Program-made: the position numbers and the translations under genes
Source: Candidatus Limnocylindria bacterium
GTDB lineage: Bacteria > Chloroflexota > Limnocylindria > QHBO01
Direction of reading: 5' to 3'
NCBI GenBank assembly: GCA_036004845.1
Contig: DASYRA010000001.1
Coordinates: 71,554 to 135,553, forward strand
Length of the DNA stretch: 64,000 nucleotides
In this document: one piece after another, positions 23,121 to 32,504 of the stretch
Numbering within the stretch: the stretch's first letter is position 1
Layout: each line of letters starts with the position of its first letter
The notes under the pieces: generated by a model
Databases searched by the model: none
What the model was told of the DNA's origin: nothing
What the model saw: the letters and a program-made list of their open reading frames with translations, nothing else

Positions 23121-23537
23121 ATGGCCATCGTCGGCGCGCGGCCAGCAACCGGGATCGGCATCGTTCGACGCCGGCGTCGCGTTCGCCCGCGCCCGGCAGC
23201 GCCCGCACGCACGCGGGCTCGCCGCGTGGCCCGCAGCCGCGGGACGGTCACCAGCATCTCGACGGTGCTGGTGGCGATCGCCGCAGCCGCCGGGCTCTGC
23301 CTCTTCTACCTCAGCCAGTCCACCCATGTTGCCGCGCTGGGGTACCAGATCGACGGTCTTCAGGCACGAGTCGCCGACCTGCGGGCCGAGACGCAGCGGC
23401 TCACCTTCGAGATCGGCGTGGCGCGTTCGCCGAGCACCATCGAGTGGAAGGCGCAGCGTGAGCTGCGGCTGGTGCCGCTCGATCCGGACGTCGTCCGCTT
23501 TGCAACACGATCGATTGACCCAACCCTCTTGAAGTAA
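23121..23537 (+). CDS. ftsL: Cell division protein FtsL-like (bitopic, coiled coil)
   Basis: Basic N-terminus, TM ISTVLVAIAAAAGLCLFYL, then coiled coil GYQIDGLQARVADLRAETQRLTFEIGVARSP. In the canonical position between rsmH and ftsI. No RBS of its own. Confidence 0.7.
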   Translation: MAIVGARPATGIGIVRRRRRVRPRPAAPARTRARRVARSRGTVTSISTVLVAIAAAAGLCLFYLSQSTHVAALGYQIDGLQARVADLRAETQRLTFEIGVARSPSTIEWKAQRELRLVPLDPDVVRFATRSIDPTLLK

Positions 23538-23571
23538 CGAACCGGGAGATGCCCCGGTCAACGGAGTAACC

Positions 23572-25395
23572 GTGCTCGCCAGGACTGACAGCCGTGCCCG
23601 CGCCGTGTTTCTGCTGGTCGTCACGGCCATGGTCGCCACCCTCGTCGGGGGGCGGCTCGTCTTCTGGCAGGTGATCGACCGGGAGCGTGTCGCGGCGATC
23701 GCCCTGAATCAGCTCGCACAGAACGAGGAGATCCCCGCCGAGCGGGGAGAGATCCGCGACACCAATGGCGTGCTGCTGGCGACCTCAGTCGAAGTCCAGT
23801 CGGTATATGCGATTCCCCCGACGGTGCAGAAGGGCGACGTGGAGAGCGCGGCCGCGCAGCTTGGAGCGGTCCTCGGGATGGAGCACGACGAGGTGCTCTC
23901 GCGGCTGAGCGGCAACGACCCGTGGGTCTGGCTCCGCCGCCGCGTCGATGCCCAGACGGCCGCGTGGGTGGCCACCCTCGACATCCCCGGGGTGGGGATG
24001 CTCCCCGAGACGATGCGGGTATATCCGATCAGCGGCGTGGCGCCCCAGACGACGCTCGGCGCGCAGCTGCTCGGCTTCGTGAACGTCGACGGAGAAGGGC
24101 AGTACGGGGTCGAGGGCGCGGAGGACGCGCTCCTGGCCGGCCTGCCCGGATCGGTGAGCGCCCAGGAGGACGTCATCGGGCGACGAATCGCCGACTCCGT
24201 GTACGAGCTGCGTCCGCCGGTCGATGGTGCGGACCTGCAGCTGACGCTCGACGCCGGCCTGCAGCACATCCTCGAGGCCGCGATGTGGAGCACCTACCAG
24301 AAGAATCTCGCCCACGGAGTAACCGGCCTGGTGATGGACGTGCACACCGGCGCAATCGTGGCGATGGCCTCATTCCCATCCTTTGACGCCAACAGCTACG
24401 GGAGCACGGACCCGGCCCTCTTCACCGATCCGGCGATCAGCCGCCAATACGAGCCCGGTTCGGTGATGAAGGCCTTCACGGTTGCGGCAGCGCTGGACGC
24501 CGGAGCCATCGACCTGCAGACGACCGTGGAGGACGACAACAACCTGCGCATCGCCGACGTCCGGATCCAGAACGCTGACCGCTACACGGTGCCGTATGGG
24601 CACGGTGACATCACCGCGGGCGACGTGCTGAAGCTGTCGAACAACGTGGGCGCCGCCAAGATCGGGCTCCTGCTGGGGAGGCAGCGGCTGTACGAGGCCT
24701 TCAAGCGCTTCGGGTTCGGGACGCCCACCGGCGTCGATATCGCCGGGGAGGCATCGGGCGTGGTCTGGAACCCGGATGGACCCAACGCCAGCGGTGACCT
24801 GACCGCCGCGCAGAACGCGTTCGGGCAGGGGCTCAGCGTGACCGCGGTCCAGCTGGTCGCCGGCTATGCGGCCATCGCCAATGGCGGAACGCTGGTGACG
24901 CCGCACGTCATCGCGGGCTGGACCGGGCCGGACGGGGTGTACCACGCCACCGAGGTTCCCGAGGGGGAGCGGATCATGCGCGAGGAGACTGCCAGGACCA
25001 TGGTCCGGCTCTTGACGGAGGCGGTCGACAACGGCCGTGCGCAGCCGGCGGCCATCCCCGGATACTCGATCGCCGGGAAGACGGGGACGGCGGAAGTGGC
25101 GGGGCCGAAGACGGAGCGGGTGCGGGTGGGCACGGACGCGGCCGGGAAGGGGATCTACGAGATGAGGACGCATCTCGTCTACCAGCACGGCTGGATCGAC
25201 TCATCGTTCATCTCGATCATGCCCGCCAACGATCCGCAGTTCGTGACCCTGATCCTGATCCACCGTCCGGCGACCTGGGGCCTGTACAAGATGGCCCAGT
25301 CGCCGGTGAGCCTCTTCCGCAGCATGGCGCCGCAGATCCTCGACTACCTCGCCATTGCCCCCGACCGGCCGGTGACCCCGGTCGCCGCCAAATGA
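23572..25395 (+). CDS. ftsI: Peptidoglycan D,D-transpeptidase FtsI (class B PBP)
   Basis: SxxK (SVMKAFT), SNN (KLSNNVG), KTGT (AGKTGTAE). N-terminal TM. Confidence 0.9.
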   Translation: MLARTDSRARAVFLLVVTAMVATLVGGRLVFWQVIDRERVAAIALNQLAQNEEIPAERGEIRDTNGVLLATSVEVQSVYAIPPTVQKGDVESAAAQLGAVLGMEHDEVLSRLSGNDPWVWLRRRVDAQTAAWVATLDIPGVGMLPETMRVYPISGVAPQTTLGAQLLGFVNVDGEGQYGVEGAEDALLAGLPGSVSAQEDVIGRRIADSVYELRPPVDGADLQLTLDAGLQHILEAAMWSTYQKNLAHGVTGLVMDVHTGAIVAMASFPSFDANSYGSTDPALFTDPAISRQYEPGSVMKAFTVAAALDAGAIDLQTTVEDDNNLRIADVRIQNADRYTVPYGHGDITAGDVLKLSNNVGAAKIGLLLGRQRLYEAFKRFGFGTPTGVDIAGEASGVVWNPDGPNASGDLTAAQNAFGQGLSVTAVQLVAGYAAIANGGTLVTPHVIAGWTGPDGVYHATEVPEGERIMREETARTMVRLLTEAVDNGRAQPAAIPGYSIAGKTGTAEVAGPKTERVRVGTDAAGKGIYEMRTHLVYQHGWIDSSFISIMPANDPQFVTLILIHRPATWGLYKMAQSPVSLFRSMAPQILDYLAIAPDRPVTPVAAK

Positions 25396-26831
25396 GGCTG
25401 GTAGACTCGGCCGACCCCTCTGCAGGGAGCAGCGTGCCACCGTCAATCCGGCTCGAAGACCTCCTGGCCGCCACGGGAGCCCGCCTGCTCGGGCCGACGA
25501 GCGTCACCACCTTCTCCACCGCTGCGGTTGACTCGCGCCACATCATCCCCGGCTGCTGCTTCTTCGCGCTTCGCGGCGAGCGCACCGACGGCCACCGGTT
25601 CGCAGCCGATGCGGTCCGCGCGGGAGCCGTGGTGGTCGTCGTCGAGCGCCCGGTCGAGCTGCCGACCGCGACCGACGCGGCCGTCGTGCAGGTCGCCGAC
25701 CCGCTCATCGCATTGCAGGAGATGGCCGCCTGGTGGCGTTCCCGCTCGAGCGTCCGGGTGGTTGGCATCACCGGCTCGACCGGCAAGACGATCGCCAAGG
25801 AGCTCGTGGCCGATGTCCTCTCCCGGACGCTCCGCGTCCTCCGCAACGAGGGCAACCTCAACAGCGAGACCGGGCTGCCGATGACGCTCCTCAACCTCGA
25901 GCCCGCGCACCAGGTGGCCGTCCTCGAGATGAGCATGTATACCGAGGGGGAGATCGCGCGGCTGGCCGAGATCGCTCGCCCCGAGGTGGGCGTGGTCCTG
26001 GCCGTCCACCCGACCCACCTGGAGCGTGCCGGCAGCCTCGAAGCCATCGCCCGCGCCAAGGCGGAGCTCCCGGCGGCCCTCCCCGCCGAGGGGCTGGCGG
26101 TGCTGAATGCCGATGACCCCAACGTCCTGGCGATGCGCGACGTGACCTCGGCCACGGTGCGCACCTTCGGGCTGGGGCCGACGGCCGACGTGCGCGCGAC
26201 CGACATCGAGCCGCACGGCGTGGGCGGCACCACCTTCACCCTGGAGGCGCCCTGGGGACGGCGGCGACTGCATTCGGCGACTCCCGGTCGCCACCTGGTG
26301 CCGCACGCGCTGGCGGCTGCGGCGGTTGCCGACCACTTCGGTGTTCCGCTGGACGAGGTGGGGGTGGCCCTGGCGGCGGGAAGTCGCGCCGGGCACCGCA
26401 TGGCGGTGGTCGATGCCGCGTCCGGGGCGACCATCATCGACGACTCGTACAACGCCTCGCCGGTCTCGGTGGCGGCAGCGCTCGACTTCCTGCGCGAGAG
26501 CCCGCTGGCGCCGGGCCGCTCGCGCTACGCCGTGCTCGGCGACATGCTCGAACTGGGTCCCGATGAGGAGCGACTGCATCGCGAGGTCGGGGCGCTGGCG
26601 GCCGGCATTGCCGACGCGCTGGTGGCGGTCGGTGAGCGGGGCCGCTGGATCGCCGAGGGGGCGCGCGGAGCGGGGCTGCGGCGCGTCACCACGGTGGACG
26701 ACGCCGACGAGGCCGTCGTGGCGGTCGAGCGCGACCTGGCGCCCACCGTCGGGGACCTGCTGCTGGTGAAGGGATCGCGCGGGGTCGAGCTCGATCGGCT
26801 CGTGGTGGCGCTCAGCGGGGCGCGGGGCTAG
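25392..26831 (+). CDS. murF: UDP-MurNAc-tripeptide--D-Ala-D-Ala ligase MurF
   Basis: GITGSTGKT P-loop and the MurF-specific DDSYNASP motif; no MurE DYAHTP motif. Confidence 0.8.
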   Translation: MRLVDSADPSAGSSVPPSIRLEDLLAATGARLLGPTSVTTFSTAAVDSRHIIPGCCFFALRGERTDGHRFAADAVRAGAVVVVVERPVELPTATDAAVVQVADPLIALQEMAAWWRSRSSVRVVGITGSTGKTIAKELVADVLSRTLRVLRNEGNLNSETGLPMTLLNLEPAHQVAVLEMSMYTEGEIARLAEIARPEVGVVLAVHPTHLERAGSLEAIARAKAELPAALPAEGLAVLNADDPNVLAMRDVTSATVRTFGLGPTADVRATDIEPHGVGGTTFTLEAPWGRRRLHSATPGRHLVPHALAAAAVADHFGVPLDEVGVALAAGSRAGHRMAVVDAASGATIIDDSYNASPVSVAAALDFLRESPLAPGRSRYAVLGDMLELGPDEERLHREVGALAAGIADALVAVGERGRWIAEGARGAGLRRVTTVDDADEAVVAVERDLAPTVGDLLLVKGSRGVELDRLVVALSGARG

Positions 26832-26833
26832 CC

Positions 26834-27814
26834 ATGCTGCCGATCGTCGTCGCCCTCCTCGCCGCCTTCGTCGGGGTGGTGCTGCTCGGCCCGGTCTACA
26901 TCGGCCTCCTGCAGCGCCTGGGCTTTGGCAAGCAGATCCGCTCCGACGGTCCGGAGGCCCACTTCAGCAAGGCCGGGACCCCGACCATGGGCGGGATGCT
27001 GCTGGTCGTGGTGGTCATGTTCCTGGCGATGGCGATGCGCATCGAGGACACCTCGACCCTGACCCCCATGCTCGCGCTCGTCGGCGTGGCCATCCTCGGG
27101 GCGATCGATGACTTCGTGAACGCCCGCACCGGCCTGGGGGTCCGCGGCCGGTTCAAGCTGGCCTGGCAGACGGTGGTGGCGCTTCTCGCGGCCCTCTACA
27201 TCCAGCGGCATTTCGAGTTCAACTCGGTGAACATCCCGTTCGCCGGGGAGCTCGTGCTCGGCGGACTCCTCTTCGTCCTCTTCGTGGCCTTCGTGATCGT
27301 CGGCCTCAGCAACGCGGTCAACCTCACCGACGGCCTCGACGGGCTGGCCGGCGGGGTCCTGATCTTCAGCTTCGTCGCGTACCTGCTGATCGCGCAGGTG
27401 GCGGTCGAGGGTGGCAAGCCATCCCAGCCCAACCTGGCCATCTTCTGCGCGCTCATCATCGGTGCCCTGATGGGGTTCCTCTGGTTCAACGTCCATCCGG
27501 CCCAGCTCTTCCTGGGCGACTCGGGGGCGCTCTCGATGGGGGCCACCCTGGCGGTGGTGGCCATCATGACCCGGCAGGTGCCCCTCCTGGTGGTGGTCGG
27601 GGTTGTCTTCCTGGCGGTCATCATGAGCGTGGTCCTGCAGGTCGCCTCGTTCCGGCTGCGCGGGCGGCGCATCTTCCGCATGGCTCCGCTCCAGCACCAC
27701 TTCGAGCTGATCGGCTGGGCGGAGGAGAAGATCACGGTCCGGTTCTGGATCGTCGGCGCCCTGGCCGGGCTGCTCGGCTTCAGCATCTTCTTAACCAGCG
27801 TGCAGCCGCTGTAG
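26834..27814 (+). CDS. mraY: Phospho-N-acetylmuramoyl-pentapeptide transferase MraY
   Basis: 10-TM protein; NAVNLTDGLDGLA, FLGDSGALSMG. Confidence 0.9.
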   Translation: MLPIVVALLAAFVGVVLLGPVYIGLLQRLGFGKQIRSDGPEAHFSKAGTPTMGGMLLVVVVMFLAMAMRIEDTSTLTPMLALVGVAILGAIDDFVNARTGLGVRGRFKLAWQTVVALLAALYIQRHFEFNSVNIPFAGELVLGGLLFVLFVAFVIVGLSNAVNLTDGLDGLAGGVLIFSFVAYLLIAQVAVEGGKPSQPNLAIFCALIIGALMGFLWFNVHPAQLFLGDSGALSMGATLAVVAIMTRQVPLLVVVGVVFLAVIMSVVLQVASFRLRGRRIFRMAPLQHHFELIGWAEEKITVRFWIVGALAGLLGFSIFLTSVQPL

Positions 27815-27822
27815 CGAGACCG

Positions 27823-29259
27823 ATGACCACCATGACCGCGCCGATTGCAACGCTCGAGGATCTGCGAGGGCGCCGTGCCCTGGTCCTCGGCCTGGCGCGC
27901 TCCGGGACCGCGGTGGCGCGAATGCTGGCCGATGCCGGGGCGGACGTCGCGGCCTACGACCGCCGACCGCCCGCCGAGCTGGCGGAGGCGGTCCAGGCGC
28001 TGGGCGGCCGGTCGGTGCGGCTGGCGCTGGGCGTCAGCGCCGACGAGGCCCGGACCCTGATCGGCGCGGCCGACCTGCTGGTCACCAGCCCCAGCATCTC
28101 TCCGACCATGCCGACCACCGATGCCTGGCTCCGCGCGGCGATCAACGAGGCGATCGGGCAGGGCGTGGAGCTGGTCAGCGAGGTGGATCTCTTCCTGCGC
28201 CTGACGCGGGCCCGGGTGCTGGCAGTGACCGGCACGAAGGGCAAGACCACGACGGCGTCCCTGATCGGGGCGATCATGGACGCTGCCGGAATAGCGCACC
28301 TGGTGGGTGGCAACATCGGTCGTCCCCTCATCGACGAGGTGGGGCGACTCGGCCCCGATGACTGGGCGGTGCTCGAGCTCTCCGAGCTGCAGCTGCCCAC
28401 CATCTCGCGCGGCGCGGAGATCGCCGTCTACACCAACATCGGCGCCGACCACCTCGACCGGCACGGGACCGAGGAGGCCTACCGCGCGGTCAAGGCGCGC
28501 CTCGCCGAGCTGAGCGTGCGGCATGGTCACGTGGTGCTCAACGCGGACGATCCCGGCTCCCGCGAGCTGGGGGCGCGCCTGCCGGCCGCCTCGATCGCGT
28601 GGTATGCGCTCGTCGCCGACGACGCGTGGATGGCGGCGCGCCTCGTCGACGGCTGGCTCACCATCCGCGGCGAGCGGGTGCTGGCGGCGGCCGAGGTGCC
28701 GATCCCCGGACGGCACACGCTGGCCGACGCGCTGGCGGCGGCCCTCGCCGCATCGCTGGCGGGCGCGTCGAACGAGGCGATCGCGGCGGGCATCCGGGAC
28801 TTCGGCGGCGTTCCGCACCGGCTCGAGCGGGTGGCCACGCGCCAGGGCGTGGCATGGGTCAACGACTCGCAGGCGACAATCCCGATGGCCGCCATCGCCG
28901 CGCTTGAGGCCTTCGCTCCGGCCCCGGTGGTGCTCATCGCAGGCGGCAAGGACAAGGGGCTCGACTACGGGGCATTTGCCGACGCCATCGCCCGGCGCTG
29001 CCGCGCGGCGGTCCTCATCGGCGAGACGGCCAACCGGCTGGAGGAGCTGATCGCGCGCCGCGTGCCGGTGGTGCGGGCCGAGGCGATGCGCGATGCGGTG
29101 GCCGCGGCCGCCGCCTGGGCGAACGCGGGCGACGTGGTGCTGCTGGCTCCCGCGGCGGCCTCGTTCGACATGTTCGACGACTACGCGGCGCGCGGCGACG
29201 CCTTCCGCGACGCGGTTCGCGCGCTTGATGCGGCCGAGCCGCTGGAGCCGGAAGCATGA
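27823..29259 (+). CDS. murD: UDP-MurNAc-L-Ala--D-Glu ligase MurD
   Basis: VLGLARSG, VTGTKGKTTTASLIGAI. Confidence 0.9.
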   Translation: MTTMTAPIATLEDLRGRRALVLGLARSGTAVARMLADAGADVAAYDRRPPAELAEAVQALGGRSVRLALGVSADEARTLIGAADLLVTSPSISPTMPTTDAWLRAAINEAIGQGVELVSEVDLFLRLTRARVLAVTGTKGKTTTASLIGAIMDAAGIAHLVGGNIGRPLIDEVGRLGPDDWAVLELSELQLPTISRGAEIAVYTNIGADHLDRHGTEEAYRAVKARLAELSVRHGHVVLNADDPGSRELGARLPAASIAWYALVADDAWMAARLVDGWLTIRGERVLAAAEVPIPGRHTLADALAAALAASLAGASNEAIAAGIRDFGGVPHRLERVATRQGVAWVNDSQATIPMAAIAALEAFAPAPVVLIAGGKDKGLDYGAFADAIARRCRAAVLIGETANRLEELIARRVPVVRAEAMRDAVAAAAAWANAGDVVLLAPAAASFDMFDDYAARGDAFRDAVRALDAAEPLEPEA

Positions 29260-30515
29260 CCGCCATGGCCGCCACCGCGGCCCGACGCACGGCACGAGCC
29301 GGCGTGCGCCGTGAGCATCACGAGCCCGCCTACCCGCTGCTGATCTCCGTCATTGCCCTGGTCGCGATCGGCGTGGTGATGGTCTACTCGGCGTCGAGCG
29401 TGCGCTCCTACATCTCCACCTCGGACCCCGGCAGCCAGGGGATCCAGCAGGGGATCTGGGCGGCGCTCGGCCTGGTGCTGATGTTCGCCGCCAGCCGCAC
29501 CGATTTCCGCGTGCTGCGCTACGCGGCGATCCCGGTCTTCGTGCTGACGATGGGCCTGCTGTTCATCGTCCTGCTCCCCGGCGTCGGGACCACCGCCTTC
29601 GGGTCGCGCCGCTGGCTGTTTCTCCCGGGCATCGGCGGCTTCCAGCCGGCGGAGCTCGCCAAGCTGGCGGTGTGCCTCTACCTCGCTCACTGGCTGGATC
29701 GGCGGGGCCTCGCGGCGCGCGGGCTGTGGAACGGCCTGGTGCCGTTCGCGATCCTCGTTGCCCCCGGCTTCCTGCTGATCGCGCTCGAGCCGGACCTGGG
29801 AACCGCCGGCGTCTACGCCGCCGCCTCGCTGGCCATCTTCTTCATGGCCGGCGCCAACCTGCTCTATCTGAGCCTCATCGGTGGGGCCGTCCTCGCCGCC
29901 GCCTACCACATGGTGACCCAGACCCAGTACCAGCTGCAGCGGATCAACAGCTTCCTCGACCCGTTCCGCGACCCGCTCCACCACGGCTACAACGCGGTCC
30001 AGTCGATCATGGCCCTGGCCCTCGGCGGGATCACCGGCGCCGGCCTCGGCGCCAGCCGGCAGAAGTACCTGTACCTGCCCGCGCCGTCGACCGACTTCAT
30101 CTTCGCCATCATCGGCGAGGAGTGGGGCCTGATCGGGACCCTCACCGTCCTCGCCCTGTTCGTGATGGTGGCCTACCAGGGCTATCGGATCGCGATCCTG
30201 GCGCCCGATACCTTCTCCGGCCTGCTGGCCGCGGGCATCACCACCTGGCTGGTCGTGCAGGCCTGCATCAACATGATGGTCGTCACCGCCCTCCTGCCGG
30301 TCACCGGCATCCCCCTGCCGTTCATCAGCTACGGTGGCTCGGCCCTCATCATCAACCTCGTGGCGGTCGGCATTCTGCTGTCGATCTCGCGCGAGACCAC
30401 GCAGACAGGATCGATGCTTGATGCGGTGTTCGGTGTCGGGCGGCGGGACAGGCGGGCACATCTACCCCGCGCTGGCCGTCGCAAGGGCACTGCGCGACGC
30501 GCAGCCCGAGCTTGA
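29256..30515 (+). CDS. ftsW: FtsW (SEDS family lipid II flippase/polymerase)
   Basis: SEDS motifs: QPAELAKLAV, PFISYGGSALI. Has a long C-terminal tail and overlaps murG by about 95 nt in another frame. Confidence 0.85.
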   Translation: MTAMAATAARRTARAGVRREHHEPAYPLLISVIALVAIGVVMVYSASSVRSYISTSDPGSQGIQQGIWAALGLVLMFAASRTDFRVLRYAAIPVFVLTMGLLFIVLLPGVGTTAFGSRRWLFLPGIGGFQPAELAKLAVCLYLAHWLDRRGLAARGLWNGLVPFAILVAPGFLLIALEPDLGTAGVYAAASLAIFFMAGANLLYLSLIGGAVLAAAYHMVTQTQYQLQRINSFLDPFRDPLHHGYNAVQSIMALALGGITGAGLGASRQKYLYLPAPSTDFIFAIIGEEWGLIGTLTVLALFVMVAYQGYRIAILAPDTFSGLLAAGITTWLVVQACINMMVVTALLPVTGIPLPFISYGGSALIINLVAVGILLSISRETTQTGSMLDAVFGVGRRDRRAHLPRAGRRKGTARRAARA

Positions 30516-31545
30516 GGTCAGCTACATCGGCGGCGCGCGCGGGCTGGAGCGCAGCCTCGTCGCCAACGGTGAGCTGCCCTACCACCAGCTGGTGGTCCGT
30601 TCCCTGCGCACCGCCGGCGCCGATCTCCACCTCGTCCTCGATCCGCTGCGCCTCGCTGCATCGGTGCCGCAGGCATGGAGGCTCCTCGGCCGGCTGCGTC
30701 CCGCCGCCCTCTTCACCACGGGCGGCTACCTGGCCCTCCCGCTGGTCACCGCCGCCCGTGCACGAGGCATCCCGAGCCTCCTCTGGGAGGGCAACGTGAC
30801 GCCTGGTCGGGCCACCGCCGCGGTCGCGCGGCTGGCGACGCGCGTGGCTGTCTCCTTCCCGCCGACGCTCGACGCCTTCCCGGGGCGCGGCTTCGTCTCC
30901 GGGACGCCGATCCGGTCCTTCGCGGGGGTCGATCGCGTCGCCGCGCGCGCGTCGTTCGGCGTCTCGGCCGACGAGCGGCTGCTGCTGGTCTTCGGCGGTT
31001 CGCAGGCGGTGGCCCGCATCACCGCCGCCCTGGAGGCGGGGCTCGAGCGGCTCCTTGCCGATTGGCATGTGGTGCACCTGGCCGGGGCCGGCGGGATGTT
31101 GGCCGCGCAGGCGATGCGAGCGCGGCTCCCCGCAGGCCTCCGCGATCGGTATCAGCCGATCGCCTTCCTGACCGATCGGATGGCCGACGCGCTGGTTGCC
31201 TGCGATCTGGTCCTCGGCCGCGCCGGCTCGTCCACCTGCGCCGAGGTGGCCGCGGTGGGGGTGGCATCGATCCTGGTCCCGTATCCCCACGCCGGCGGCC
31301 ACCAGCGCGCGAACGCCGCCTGGCTCGCCGACCAGGGGGCCGCCGTCATGGTGCGGGACGAGGAGCTCGACGGGGACCGGCTGGTGGCGGAGGCATCGGC
31401 CCTGCGCGACGACGAGCGTCGTGCCCGGATCGGGCGGGCGGCGAGGTCGCTGGCCCGGCCGGATGCGGCGCGGCGCCTGGCCGAGGAGCTGCTGGCCATG
31501 GCTGAGGGGCGCCCGCTGCCATCCGTCAGCGGGACGGCGGGTTGA
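30421..31545 (+). CDS. murG: UDP-GlcNAc:lipid I GlcNAc transferase MurG
   Basis: GGTGGHIYPALAVA G-loop. The track ORF starts at 30334; ATG 30421 is the last start that still retains the G-loop. Confidence 0.85.
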   Translation: MRCSVSGGGTGGHIYPALAVARALRDAQPELEVSYIGGARGLERSLVANGELPYHQLVVRSLRTAGADLHLVLDPLRLAASVPQAWRLLGRLRPAALFTTGGYLALPLVTAARARGIPSLLWEGNVTPGRATAAVARLATRVAVSFPPTLDAFPGRGFVSGTPIRSFAGVDRVAARASFGVSADERLLLVFGGSQAVARITAALEAGLERLLADWHVVHLAGAGGMLAAQAMRARLPAGLRDRYQPIAFLTDRMADALVACDLVLGRAGSSTCAEVAAVGVASILVPYPHAGGHQRANAAWLADQGAAVMVRDEELDGDRLVAEASALRDDERRARIGRAARSLARPDAARRLAEELLAMAEGRPLPSVSGTAG

Positions 31546-32504
31546 TGGTCGTGCCATCAGTGGACGCGATCGACCTCGAGCACCTCGACGATCTGGCTGC
31601 CAGGCGCGGGATCGGACTAGCCGTCGATGCGCCGCTGGCTCCCCTCACCACGCTGCGCGTCGGCGGCGCGGCCGACCGCCTGCTGGAGGCGCTCAGCCGC
31701 GATGAGCTGCTCATGGCGCTCGGGCTGGCGCGCGAGGCGCAGGTTCCGTGGTTCGTCCTCGGCAACGGCAGCGACCTGGTCGTGGCCGACGCCGGGATCC
31801 GCGGCCTCGTCATCCGCAACCGAGCGAGGAGCGTCACGGTCGAGGGGCAGCGGCTGGCCGCCGACGCCGGCGCGCCGATGGCGCTCCTCGTCCGTCGCTC
31901 CAGCGCCGCGGGGCTGGCGGGCCTGGAGTTCGGGACGAGCATCCCGGGTACCCTCGGCGGCGCGATCTGGGCCAACGCCGGGGCGCATGGCCGGGAGATG
32001 CGCGACGTGGTCGTGGCGGTCGAGGCCTGGGACCCGGCGGATGGCAACGTCGGCAGCATCGACGCCGATGCGTGTCGATTCGCGTACCGCGATTCGCGCT
32101 TCAAGGCGACCCGCGAGGTGGTCATCGCGGCGAGCCTCGCCCTCGGCCTCGACAACCCCGACGCGATCGCGGCACGGGTGGCGGCCAACCAGGCGCAGCG
32201 TGTCGCGACCCAGCCGCTCGCCGACCAGAACGCCGGAAGCGTCTTCCGCAATCCGCCGGGCGACCACGCGGGACGCCTCATCGACGCGGCCGGGCTGAAG
32301 GGGCTGCGGGTGGGCACCGCCAGCGTCAGCACGCTGCATGCCAACTTCATCGTGACCGATCGCGGGGCACGCGCCGCCGATGTGCGGGCTCTCGGCGAAC
32401 GCGTCCGGGCCGAGGTCAGCGCGCAGTTCGGCATCGGCCTCGCCTACGAGATCGAGTTCGTCGGCGAATGGGCAGGCGCCGACGCTGGGGGGCGCGACGC
32501 ATGA
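31542..32504 (+). CDS. murB: UDP-N-acetylenolpyruvoylglucosamine reductase MurB
   Basis: FAD-binding LTTLRVGG...FVLGNGSDLVV, C-terminal SVFRNPPG. Confidence 0.85.
   Translation: MMVVPSVDAIDLEHLDDLAARRGIGLAVDAPLAPLTTLRVGGAADRLLEALSRDELLMALGLAREAQVPWFVLGNGSDLVVADAGIRGLVIRNRARSVTVEGQRLAADAGAPMALLVRRSSAAGLAGLEFGTSIPGTLGGAIWANAGAHGREMRDVVVAVEAWDPADGNVGSIDADACRFAYRDSRFKATREVVIAASLALGLDNPDAIAARVAANQAQRVATQPLADQNAGSVFRNPPGDHAGRLIDAAGLKGLRVGTASVSTLHANFIVTDRGARAADVRALGERVRAEVSAQFGIGLAYEIEFVGEWAGADAGGRDA

Noticed and set aside
29256-31545. Frameshifted or fused ftsW-murG pseudogene
   Set aside because: Both ORFs have intact family motifs and plausible starts and stops; the overlap alone does not justify a pseudogene call. 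It is flagged as a finding to be checked instead.
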